From IMG/VR virus record IMGVR_UViG_3300027856_000008, positions 804-64,803 of that record: DNA of 64,000 bases; one strand, 5' to 3'. How positions within the stretch are numbered: the stretch's first letter is position 1; each line of letters begins with the position of its first letter. Of this stretch, positions 49,259-57,554 are shown piece by piece. Below the pieces are notes generated by a model. It saw nothing but the letters and a program-made list of their open reading frames with translations. It was not told where the DNA came from and ran no database searches. The stretch is from a virus (taxonomy: Duplodnaviria; Caudoviricetes). The position numbers and the translations under genes were made by a program.

Positions 49259-49453
49259 GTGGGGTTTTTAATTGGAGCGAATAAAATGTTTTTATTAATG
49301 ACGCTATTGGTCTTTATATTGGTTAACGTTTTAGTTTTTGCTTTATTAAAATTGTATAACGCTTACACCTTTAATGAATTAGATCTAGAAACAACCGCTA
49401 GTATTTTAATTTTAGTTAATCTATTTACTTTAGGTGCGCTATTCACCATCTAA
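49259..49453 (+). CDS. Small two-TM membrane protein
   Basis: Two hydrophobic helices; start uncertain. Confidence 0.45.
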   Translation: MGFLIGANKMFLLMTLLVFILVNVLVFALLKLYNAYTFNELDLETTASILILVNLFTLGALFTI

Positions 49454-49544
49454 ACCACCCCACTGTATATAAGCCATTTCAACCTCAAAACCAGTGTATA
49501 TATCCTGTTTAAAAAATTAAATTCATTTATTTATCATTTAGTTC

Positions 49545-49626
49545 TTTACATTATCAAATGATAAAGTGATAATAAGCCCAAGTTAAGCGAACAACATAAA
49601 CCAAACAGATTATTAAGGGCTTTAAA
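49545..49626 (+). promoter_or_regulatory. Early-type promoter (cassette 6)
   Basis: TTTACA-N17-GATAAT overlapped by TTATCAaaTGATAAagTGATAA. Confidence 0.6.
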
Positions 49627-50124
49627 ATGGATATTCAAACAGCATTATCATTACTAAACTTAGAAACTGGTACTTACACAAAGAAAGAATTAAAAAAAGC
49701 GTATAAGGCAGTTAGCTTAAAGTTTCACCCTGACAAAAACCCTGCTGGTTCAGAAATGATGCAAGCCATTAATGAAGCATGGGAGGCTGTTAAGGACTTG
49801 GACGAAGCAACTAAGTCAGAAGATTTAAATAATGGTTATGCCGATATTTTGAATGATGCTTTAAATGCGATTATCGCTTGTGAGGGTTTAGATATTGAGG
49901 TTTGCGGTTCTTGGGTTTGGGTTGGTGGAAACTCTAAAGAACATAAAGAAGCTATTAAGGCAGCAGGGTTTAAGTGGGCTAAGAAGAAATCATTATGGTA
50001 TTACCGTCCAGATGCTTTGAAAGCAAGCCGCAAAGGTGGCAAGACTTGGAACATGGATAAGATACGCGAAACACATGGGAGCCAAGCAGTTAAAACTAAG
50101 ATGCGTAAGTCCTTAGCAGCCTAA
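49627..50124 (+). CDS. DnaJ (J-domain) protein
   Basis: LKKAYKAVSLKFHPDKNP...MQAINEAW; C-terminal GSWVWVGG..KEHKE.IK..GFKWA.KK..WY domain. Confidence 0.85.
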   Translation: MDIQTALSLLNLETGTYTKKELKKAYKAVSLKFHPDKNPAGSEMMQAINEAWEAVKDLDEATKSEDLNNGYADILNDALNAIIACEGLDIEVCGSWVWVGGNSKEHKEAIKAAGFKWAKKKSLWYYRPDALKASRKGGKTWNMDKIRETHGSQAVKTKMRKSLAA

Positions 50125-50161
50125 TTAATTAACGCCCCGCAAGGGGCTTTGGAGAAACCTA

Positions 50162-50419
50162 ATGTTAGATCTTAACCTTTCAAATTATCCTGACGATATT
50201 AGATCTTATGATAATGATTTTAGAAGTCCATTTTTTACAGAGCCGAAAATTGAGTGTGACGATTGTGGTTATTTTTTTGACGAAGAAGATATAGACAACA
50301 GCGGTTGTTGCTTGAATTGCTCGACCGAAGTTAAGTGTAAAAAATGCCTTGAATACTATGATAATGGTGATGTTAATTCAGATGGTATTTGTTGCGATTG
50401 CACATACGAGGACATATAG
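50162..50419 (+). CDS. Cys-rich zinc-finger protein
   Basis: Several CxxC motifs. Confidence 0.55.
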   Translation: MLDLNLSNYPDDIRSYDNDFRSPFFTEPKIECDDCGYFFDEEDIDNSGCCLNCSTEVKCKKCLEYYDNGDVNSDGICCDCTYEDI

Positions 50420-50470
50420 GGCATTTCACTTTAATTAGTTTGGTATATATTCGCTTTTAACTTAAAAAAC

Positions 50471-50488
50471 ACTGTATATACGGACAGT
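50471..50488. promoter_or_regulatory. LexA (SOS) box
   Basis: ACTGTATATACGGACAGT matches CTGT-N8-ACAG. Confidence 0.7.
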
Positions 50489-50531
50489 AAAACTATCTTA
50501 TCAATTGAATCTTTGATAAAATAAAGGCAAT

Positions 50532-50559
50532 AAAAAGCCCACTTTGCGGGTGGGCTTTT
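50532..50559. terminator. Bidirectional terminator-like hairpin
   Basis: AAAAAGCCCAC...GTGGGCTTTT. Confidence 0.7.
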
Positions 50560-50656
50560 CTTAAGCGAAGATAAAAAATCTAAAGGGCTAAACATTTTTT
50601 GAGGATGTTTGAAGATAAAGATTTTTATCTAAACCGAATAATACAAGGGGTTAGTT

Positions 50657-51883
50657 ATGAAAGCAACTACCATAGACAGAAAATTAAGAAGTTTAAAAAC
50701 TGGTGAGCGTTTCACTTTACCTGCAACACAGCTAAGTAACGAAGAATATCATAAGGTTAAGGCAGTATCGAGCAGCCGATTAAAAGATCTAATGAAAGTT
50801 CATCCAGCGTATGTTTATGCTAAGTATTTCAAACAACAGATCCCCCGCAAGGTTACCGAGGCTTTTTTAATTGGTGGCGCGACTCATAAGCTTATTTTAG
50901 AAACTAGATCTTTCGGTAAAGAATATATCGTTTTACCAGAAAATAAAAAGCGCCCCACAGAAAAAGGCTTTAATGATTTAAATGGCTATGTCGAAAAGGC
51001 TAATGAAGCAAAAGCAAACGAGCTTTATTGGTTTGAGTTAGATCACCATAACGATAATGTTGAATTGGCAGGGGAGTTAGCAGGGCATAAAAAAGTAACT
51101 CCCGCACAAGTAAAAATAGTTAGCGAAGCCGAGGATCTTAAAAAGCAATTAGAAGCAGAAGATCGGGAGCCAAAAAAGGCAGAGCAAAACCGTTTAAATA
51201 AAGCAGAAGAAATAAAAGACAATATTAGCTGGTGGAATAGATATACGGCAAGCATCCGTATACCAGAAGAAGGTAAAAAAAGACCAACAGCATCTTCAAC
51301 AAAGGCTATTGAAAAAGGATTAGAAGCAAAAGAAACAATTAATTTTTGGTCTGATTTTGATAAGCAGGCAAAGGGTAAAGAGTGTTTAACAAGGGAACAG
51401 TATAACGAGGTTGATGGATATAGAAACGCAGTACGAGCGCACCCACAAGCTAACAATCTTTTGAAGGGTGGAGATCCAGAAGTTTCTACTTTTTGGCGTG
51501 ACGAAGAAACAGGACTTTTGTGTAAAGCCAGAGCCGATTACAAACAGGGTGATATTTTACTCGATGTGAAAAGTACCGCAGATAACAGCCCCGATGCCTT
51601 TGCTAGACAATGTGCGAACTTGCTTTATAACTTACAACAGGCAATGTATATGGACGGTTTCAGAGCCACAAACTTTGCTTTTGTAGCTGTAGAAAAAAGC
51701 AAGGACTGTCCATTTGTTGAGGTCTATACGATGGACGATGATTTTTTTGATATTGGCAATATAATTTATAGGGATGCTTTAACCCTATATAAAAAGTGCT
51801 TAGATACAGGCGTTTGGAATTCATATAATGATGGAATCGGAACATTAAAAGCACCTAATTGGTTTTCATATAAATATAAATAA
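50657..51883 (+). CDS. RecE-like PD-(D/E)xK exonuclease (DUF3799-type)
   Basis: SNEEYH..AVSSS.LK, G.ATHKLILE, EVS.FW.D.ETG..CKARAD..LDVKS and Y.LQ.AMY; upstream of recT. Confidence 0.85.
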   Translation: MKATTIDRKLRSLKTGERFTLPATQLSNEEYHKVKAVSSSRLKDLMKVHPAYVYAKYFKQQIPRKVTEAFLIGGATHKLILETRSFGKEYIVLPENKKRPTEKGFNDLNGYVEKANEAKANELYWFELDHHNDNVELAGELAGHKKVTPAQVKIVSEAEDLKKQLEAEDREPKKAEQNRLNKAEEIKDNISWWNRYTASIRIPEEGKKRPTASSTKAIEKGLEAKETINFWSDFDKQAKGKECLTREQYNEVDGYRNAVRAHPQANNLLKGGDPEVSTFWRDEETGLLCKARADYKQGDILLDVKSTADNSPDAFARQCANLLYNLQQAMYMDGFRATNFAFVAVEKSKDCPFVEVYTMDDDFFDIGNIIYRDALTLYKKCLDTGVWNSYNDGIGTLKAPNWFSYKYK

Positions 51884-51960
51884 GTGTTTCATATTATCAA
51901 TTGATAATGATATAATCACCATGATTAAGCGAATAGATTAACTAAAAAAAGGGTTATAAG

Positions 51961-52839
51961 ATGAATACAGAATTAACTACAAAGACAACTTTTGATTTAA
52001 CACCAACGACTTTACAAGAAGCAATGGATCAGGCTCACATGCTTGCTGGTTCAGCCATAATTCCTAAGCAGTTTCAGAATAAACCTCAGGATATTTTAGT
52101 TGCTGTTCAAATGGGCTTAGAAGTTGGTTTAAAGCCTTTACAGGCACTAAAAAATATAGCCGTTATAAATGGAACTCCCACAATTTGGGGGGATGCTGCC
52201 ATTGCTATTGTTAGAAAATCCCCCTTATGCGAATCAATAGTTGAAACGATTGATTATAGAAAAATAGGGGATCGGGATATTTTAGTTGCGACCTGTACCG
52301 TGAAGCGTAGAGGTGAAGAACCACAAACAAGAATATTCGACCAGATAGACGCAGAGACAGCAAAACTATGGGGTCGTAATGTTTGGGCTAGTTATCCGAA
52401 ACGTATGCTTCAAATGCGAGCGAGGGGCTTTGCTTTGCGTGATGTATTTCCCGATGTATTAGGTGGCTTGGATATAGCCGAGGAACAACAGGACAAGGAA
52501 GAACGAGACATAACAAATCGTGGTACCGAACAAACTCAAGATCAAAGAAAATCTTCATTGAATGATTTGGCATCTGGAAAGAAACCTAAACCGAAGAAAC
52601 AGCCAAAACCTGATCCGGTGATCACAGTTGATCAAGATGGAACTACATTCACACAAAATGAAGCGAATGAATATTTAAACGAGTCGATTTGTGAAATGCG
52701 AAATTGTTATAGTTACCCTGATTTACAGAAAATCTTTGGTCCGAGTTGGTCTAAGTTAAAACAAACTGGATATAAAGATCTTGCTGAAAAATTAGAGTCA
52801 GAATATCAAGTTTTAAAAGCTGACTTATTGAACGAATAA
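51961..52839 (+). CDS. recT: RecT-family ssDNA annealing protein
   Basis: GLEVGLKPLQALKNIAVING.PTIWGD and W..YPKRMLQMRARGFALRDVFPDVLGGL. Confidence 0.9.
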   Translation: MNTELTTKTTFDLTPTTLQEAMDQAHMLAGSAIIPKQFQNKPQDILVAVQMGLEVGLKPLQALKNIAVINGTPTIWGDAAIAIVRKSPLCESIVETIDYRKIGDRDILVATCTVKRRGEEPQTRIFDQIDAETAKLWGRNVWASYPKRMLQMRARGFALRDVFPDVLGGLDIAEEQQDKEERDITNRGTEQTQDQRKSSLNDLASGKKPKPKKQPKPDPVITVDQDGTTFTQNEANEYLNESICEMRNCYSYPDLQKIFGPSWSKLKQTGYKDLAEKLESEYQVLKADLLNE

Positions 52840-52863
52840 TATAAATAATTCTTAATGTTATCC

Positions 52864-52890
52864 AAAGCCCATTTTAAAGTGGGCTTTTTT
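52864..52890 (+). terminator. Rho-independent terminator (left boundary of the hfa-like cassette)
   Basis: AAAGCCCA...TGGGCTTTTTT. Confidence 0.85.
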
Positions 52891-52962
52891 ATGTCAAAAA
52901 TTTGACAATAGGAGAAACTATACGAAAATTAGGTTTGTCTGCTTTGTGCTATGGGTTAGCAC

Positions 52963-53373
52963 ATGAAATATATTATTTACTTGCTATTACTTATTGTAAT
53001 GGCATATGTACCGCAAGCTATTTCTAATGGTTGGTTAGAAAATAGATCTTATCAATTCACATCTACCGATGCACGTTACCTGTTTATCCTTCAAGCACAG
53101 CAAAAAGAAATTTCCCAAGGTGGTGGATATAATTCTACAGTTAATTTTAATGGCGATATTGGTCAGTTTGGGGATCAATATAACGCTGATCATCAAATCT
53201 TTAATAATTCTACTTCAATCGGCAATTTAAGTTCTGTTGATGTTTCTGGCGATAATAATTCTGTTAATGGTAACCAAGACAATAATCAGGGTTCTAATAC
53301 TTCGATAGGTCAAACTTTAGATCCTTTCGTTGGCAAAATTGGTGATTCAATTTCATTTGGGAACGGGGGCTAA
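52963..53373 (+). CDS. HfaA/curlin-like secreted Asn/Gly/Ser-rich protein
   Basis: Signal peptide; NNSTSIGNLSSVDVSGDNNSVNGNQDNNQG resembles the HfaA C-terminal amyloid-like repeat. Confidence 0.65.
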   Translation: MKYIIYLLLLIVMAYVPQAISNGWLENRSYQFTSTDARYLFILQAQQKEISQGGGYNSTVNFNGDIGQFGDQYNADHQIFNNSTSIGNLSSVDVSGDNNSVNGNQDNNQGSNTSIGQTLDPFVGKIGDSISFGNGG

Positions 53374-53375
53374 CG

Positions 53376-54299
53376 ATGCAAAGCAGACACTTAATTCATG
53401 CCCTCGTTTCCACCCTTATTTTAGCAACGGGCTGTAATACTATAACGTCAGATATGCTTGATGGTGTTAATAGTGACGCAGCATACAAGAAAACCTATGT
53501 TAGTAAATATTCTCAGCCACCAGCATTAGTTGATACACCTTTCACGGAGGTTTTACAGTGCTTAGGATCGGACGCTGAAACTGGTGTTTCTGGTGCGAAT
53601 TATTTAAATAAATTTAGGTATTCGATTAGCGTTGGAAAGATCGCAGACTTAACAGGCAAGATGAATATTAATTCTAGTATTGGCTCACCTGTTAGTAATG
53701 GCGCTCAGAACATGCTTACAAGCGCGATAATGTTATCTAATGGCTTTAGGCTGATTAATAGAACTGATACAGCCATAAGTGATTTAGAACGGCATTTAAC
53801 AAGTAAGAAGCTTATAAAAGAATATGACCAGAACGATGCTCAAAGGTTGAGATCATTAAGTGCTGGCGAGGTAACGGGGAGTGATTATTATATTTACGGC
53901 TCGGTTACATCATTTGATTACAATATCGCTAGTGGTGGCTCAGAGGCTATTGTGGCTGGAATAGGTTTAAGAGGTCGTTATTTTGTGGCATCGGCAACGA
54001 TAGATTTGTTCTTGGTGAATACTAGAAGCACAGAAATTTTAAAGTCAGTCTCATTACATAAACAGCTTGTTGGTCGTGAAGTAAAAGCCAACCTGTTTAG
54101 TTTTGATTGGCTTGATAATGAATTCCTCGATTTAAGTTCGGGAATAAAAGAAAGTGAAGCCGCAGGGATCGCATTACGCGCCATGCTTGAAAAATCAGCT
54201 ATAGAATTTACTGGTTTTTTATATGATTGGTCGAATGTGCCTGATCGCTGTAAATTTTTATATGCGTCAGCAAATTTAAAAAGAGTGATTGAAGAATGA
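53376..54299 (+). CDS. hfaB: CsgG/HfaB-family outer-membrane secretion lipoprotein
   Basis: Lipobox ATGC; ISVGKIADLTGK, F.LINR, SDYYIYGSVTSFDYNIASGG, IDL.LVNTRS.EI and KQLVGREV.A. Confidence 0.85.
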   Translation: MQSRHLIHALVSTLILATGCNTITSDMLDGVNSDAAYKKTYVSKYSQPPALVDTPFTEVLQCLGSDAETGVSGANYLNKFRYSISVGKIADLTGKMNINSSIGSPVSNGAQNMLTSAIMLSNGFRLINRTDTAISDLERHLTSKKLIKEYDQNDAQRLRSLSAGEVTGSDYYIYGSVTSFDYNIASGGSEAIVAGIGLRGRYFVASATIDLFLVNTRSTEILKSVSLHKQLVGREVKANLFSFDWLDNEFLDLSSGIKESEAAGIALRAMLEKSAIEFTGFLYDWSNVPDRCKFLYASANLKRVIEE

Positions 54300-54793
54300 A
54301 AAAATTAATTTTATTGGGTTTATTTTTGGGTGCGTTTGGTGCTAGTGCGGCAAATGTTAATCTTGGTCAAGCAAACGCAAGTGGTGTTTTAGATTCCGTT
54401 GCGCTGGTTGGTGCGGTTGCTGTTGGTGATGATCTATTAAACACAGGCGCATCTATTGGCAATACTGGCGCTATTACTATTGATGCCACCGCAGCAGTTG
54501 GTTCACTTCAAGCAAACGCAGTTGGTTTTCAGTCTGCCGATGCTCATGTTCGTTGGGCTGGTGTTGATGGTGTTATTGAAAATACAGCGGCAAGTATTGG
54601 TAATAACTTAACGGTTGATATTGACGAGTGCGGTGCGTGTAGTGACTCTGCGAGTGTGGTTAACTCAGCGCAGTTAAATGCGACTTTGAGCAATACCGCA
54701 TTTGCTAGTGTTGGTCTAGCTGGTTTAACTGGCTCGTTGACTAATACAGCGGCAGCAATCGGAAACTCAGCTACAATAACAATTACAAATTAA
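54296..54793 (+). CDS. HfaD/curlin-like secreted beta-repeat protein
   Basis: Signal peptide ending ASA; three NT.A(S/A)IGN.....I repeats; ends AAAIGNSATITITN. Confidence 0.65.
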   Translation: MKKLILLGLFLGAFGASAANVNLGQANASGVLDSVALVGAVAVGDDLLNTGASIGNTGAITIDATAAVGSLQANAVGFQSADAHVRWAGVDGVIENTAASIGNNLTVDIDECGACSDSASVVNSAQLNATLSNTAFASVGLAGLTGSLTNTAAAIGNSATITITN

Positions 54794-54809
54794 TTTGTGT
54801 TTGAGTTCT

Positions 54810-54840
54810 AAAAAAGCCAGTTTAATAGCTGGCTTTTTTT
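54810..54840 (+). terminator. Rho-independent terminator (right boundary of the hfa-like cassette)
   Basis: AAAAAAGCCAG...CTGGCTTTTTTT. Confidence 0.85.
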
Positions 54841-54895
54841 ATGGTTTTAGATAATTGGTCTAATATTAATGAGCGATAAATAAAAGGGTTTGACT

Positions 54896-55348
54896 ATGAC
54901 AAGACCTACACTAAGTATCAATAAAGCGGCTTTGAAGAAAAGCCGAGCAGCGAAACAGCAATTAGAAATAAGCACTAGAACACCATCTAAAGCAAAGAAA
55001 ATGAGGCGTAAGCAGCAAGAATTAATGATAGAGTTTTTAGGTCGGCATTATCCCCTTGTTTTTAATCTTGATGAACCATTACCGCTTAAGATAGGCATAT
55101 TAAAAGATTTGATCCGCATCACTATTTGCTATGGGTTTAGCGCAATGGACACCCGAAGGGCAATATATTTCTGGACTAACCGATTCGAGTATCATGCCTG
55201 TGTAGCAAATGGCGAGTATAGATTTGATCTTGATGGAGCGCACCATAGCTTAATAACTGATGAACATAAAAGCCATTCTAAAGTGACAGTTGCTAATACT
55301 TTGAGAAATAAAAAGAAAAAGCAGCAAGGAAGTAAGAAACGGAAGTAA
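54896..55348 (+). CDS. ProQ/FinO-family RNA chaperone
   Basis: YPLVF..PLPLKIGI..DL, A...WT....Y and RFDLDG......I..EH. Confidence 0.9.
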   Translation: MTRPTLSINKAALKKSRAAKQQLEISTRTPSKAKKMRRKQQELMIEFLGRHYPLVFNLDEPLPLKIGILKDLIRITICYGFSAMDTRRAIYFWTNRFEYHACVANGEYRFDLDGAHHSLITDEHKSHSKVTVANTLRNKKKKQQGSKKRK

Positions 55349-55443
55349 TAGTTTATTATCGTTTGATAAAATGATAATATAAGACGGAGTTTTTTAAATT
55401 AGATATTGATCTTTAAACGTGATTGATATTTAATTCCAGACAC

Positions 55444-55537
55444 AAAAAAACCCGTTTGGAGACGGGTTTATTTGTAAAACTATTATTATTGCAAAAACGC
55501 TGGCACGAAAAACAATAATGGAACGAAGTATCAAAGC
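55444..55537 (-). ncRNA. Predicted antisense (countertranscript) RNA of about 95 nt in the replication-initiator leader
   Basis: Minus-strand TTGACA(55572-55567)-N17-AATAAT(55549-55544) and minus-strand terminator AAACCCGT-ctccaa-ACGGGTTTTTTT ending at 55444. Confidence 0.55.
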
Positions 55538-55627
55538 AGTTAAATTATTCCATTACTTGATGATCCTGTCAATCGTTTATTTATATCCGCAATAGTAATT
55601 CCATTATTTAATTAAGGGGTTATTAAA

Positions 55628-56614
55628 ATGTCCATAGAATCACATTCGCCTACGGAAATAACAAACGCTGGTTTTCATTACACATCATTACCAACAGAAC
55701 TTGGCAGATTAATAGCTGAAAAATACGGTCTTGAAGCAGTCGGGTTGTGGTGGCTTTTTACTGGTATGTCTAAAGATTATGTAATCAATAAACAACATGC
55801 CTGTGATAAATACCATTTAAGCCCCGCAAGGTTCACAAAAGCAATGAGGGCATTAGAAACGTTCGAGCTTGCTTGGATTGAAGCAAGACCAAGGCAAACC
55901 AGCGGAAAGCTAGGTGGCAAGAGTTGGACTATCAGCAATTTACCCAAATCAGTAACCGAAGCACTTAATAAAGCCATTGATTTTATGAGGAATATTACCG
56001 ACCCTATAGAAAATGAGGGGGTCGGTAAAACTGATATTAACCGACCCCCCATAAAACCGAGGGGTCAGAAAACCGAGGGGTCAGAAACATGGGGGGATAT
56101 AAGTAAGGATCAATCTTTAAGTAAGGATCAAGAAAGAAGTAGTGATCTGGCAAATCAGAAATTACCACCAGCACTAAGGCCAAAGAAAAAACAAAAAGCG
56201 ACTACTGCTGAATTCTTAAATTTTAAAGACGGTTTTGAACAGGCTCCCGTAAAAATTGGATGCCAAACGATAGGGGTTCAAACCGAATGGGATAGTTTTA
56301 TAAATCATTACACCTTGAACGGAAGAACTAAAACGCTCTCAAGTTGGATCTCAGCGTGGGAAAGGTGGCTAGTGAAGGGTTTAGAGCATGAGAGTAATAA
56401 AACGCGCCAGAATAGCGCACAAGAGCTAGAATCTAATAAAATCGATGATACTAAAGAAGCTTTGAACAAGATAATCGATGGTTTGGTTACTAAAAAATCT
56501 CAAATGACCAATAGCGTCTGGTGCGATATTCAAGAACGAATTCTACATAAGGGCTTTAAAAAACCTGATACCTATAAAAAATTAAGCAGCCTCGGATTTG
56601 TGGTTTTGCCATGA
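55628..56614 (+). CDS. Phage replication initiator (N-terminal HTH, internal origin repeats)
   Basis: LEAVGLWW...LSPARFTKAMRALE..LAW...G.L.G..W.I pattern; iteron-like repeats mid-gene; DnaT-like W..F..HY...W...W..W segment. Confidence 0.7.
   Translation: MSIESHSPTEITNAGFHYTSLPTELGRLIAEKYGLEAVGLWWLFTGMSKDYVINKQHACDKYHLSPARFTKAMRALETFELAWIEARPRQTSGKLGGKSWTISNLPKSVTEALNKAIDFMRNITDPIENEGVGKTDINRPPIKPRGQKTEGSETWGDISKDQSLSKDQERSSDLANQKLPPALRPKKKQKATTAEFLNFKDGFEQAPVKIGCQTIGVQTEWDSFINHYTLNGRTKTLSSWISAWERWLVKGLEHESNKTRQNSAQELESNKIDDTKEALNKIIDGLVTKKSQMTNSVWCDIQERILHKGFKKPDTYKKLSSLGFVVLP
56017..56132. repeat. Iteron-like repeats (candidate lytic origin)
   Basis: AAAACCGAGGGGTCAG twice (56053-56084), inverted GGGGGTCGGT/ACCGACCCCC, and TAAGTAAGGATCAA twice. 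Confidence 0.7.
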
Positions 56615-56770
56615 GTTTAAATAAACAATTGCTGGTGGATGATCTCAATAGGGATATATTGAAAAAATCTAATGCAAAAAATAAAGCTATTAATCCGTTT
56701 ACAAGGATCACATTAAAACGGGAGCTTGCCATACTTTTCAAATTGCGTAATAAAATATTTAGGGGGTTCT

Positions 56771-57184
56771 ATGACCAAGCATAAATTTATAGAATCTAAG
56801 CATCAAATAGCGTTAATAGGCTGGTGCAAGGTTGCTAAGATGCCAAAGCACCCAAGAGTGATCCCCAATGCTACTGTGTACGATTATATTCACTCGATAC
56901 CTAATGGCGGTAAGTTGGCAAAGAAAAGCGCAATGATAGCCGTAGCCGAAGGATTGCATAAAGGCGTTAGTGATTTAAAGTTCAGTTTTCCCGCTGGTGG
57001 CTATGGTGGCTTATATATCGAAATGAAGCGACCGCACGTTAAGGGCAAGACCAAAGCTAAAATGTCACCGGAGCAGGAGCGCTGGTTTAAATATCAGGAG
57101 TTAGCGGGTATCAAATGCGTATGCTGTTTTAGTTGGGAAGATGCAAAAAACGAAATTCTAAGCTACCTTAAATTATTAAAATAA
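56771..57184 (+). CDS. VRR-NUC domain endonuclease
   Basis: E...Q, HSIPNGG, EG..KGVSDL, GLYIEMK and S.EQ..W. Confidence 0.85.
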   Translation: MTKHKFIESKHQIALIGWCKVAKMPKHPRVIPNATVYDYIHSIPNGGKLAKKSAMIAVAEGLHKGVSDLKFSFPAGGYGGLYIEMKRPHVKGKTKAKMSPEQERWFKYQELAGIKCVCCFSWEDAKNEILSYLKLLK

Positions 57185-57394
57185 CCACAAATTATCTAGG
57201 TCTAAAATGGAATATGAATGTGATATATGCGAGTGCGAATTTGAACCAAGTGATCATACTTTTGTCGGGCAATTACATGGTCCAATTGATTGCTGTGAAA
57301 CAACCGTAATTAATCAGCTTTGTGAAACCTGTTACCAGAAGCATTTAGAAGAAAATTTTTCGGACGATTAAATAGTTTTATTAGTGGAAGTATC

Positions 57395-57419
57395 AGCCCT
57401 TCATTGCAGGGGCTTTTTT
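57395..57419 (+). terminator. Rho-independent terminator
   Basis: AGCCCT...GGGGCT followed by a T run. Confidence 0.75.
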
Positions 57420-57475
57420 CATATTGCCACTATCGACACAACATATTGTGGAAATGTAAATTTAAATTAAATAAC

Positions 57476-57554
57476 AAAAAAAGGTTGACTTCATATTATC
57501 AAATGATAAAGTAGCACCACTGAAACGAATTAACCAAACTTAAGCGAGATAAAG
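57476..57554 (+). promoter_or_regulatory. Early promoter cassette 7
   Basis: A-tract GG TTGACT-N16-TAAAGT, TTATCAaaTGATAA and TAAGCGAG. Confidence 0.7.

Noticed and set aside
49491-49507. Second LexA box
   Set aside because: The arms are in the wrong order (CAG...CTG), and the nearby CTGTATATA is only a half-site.
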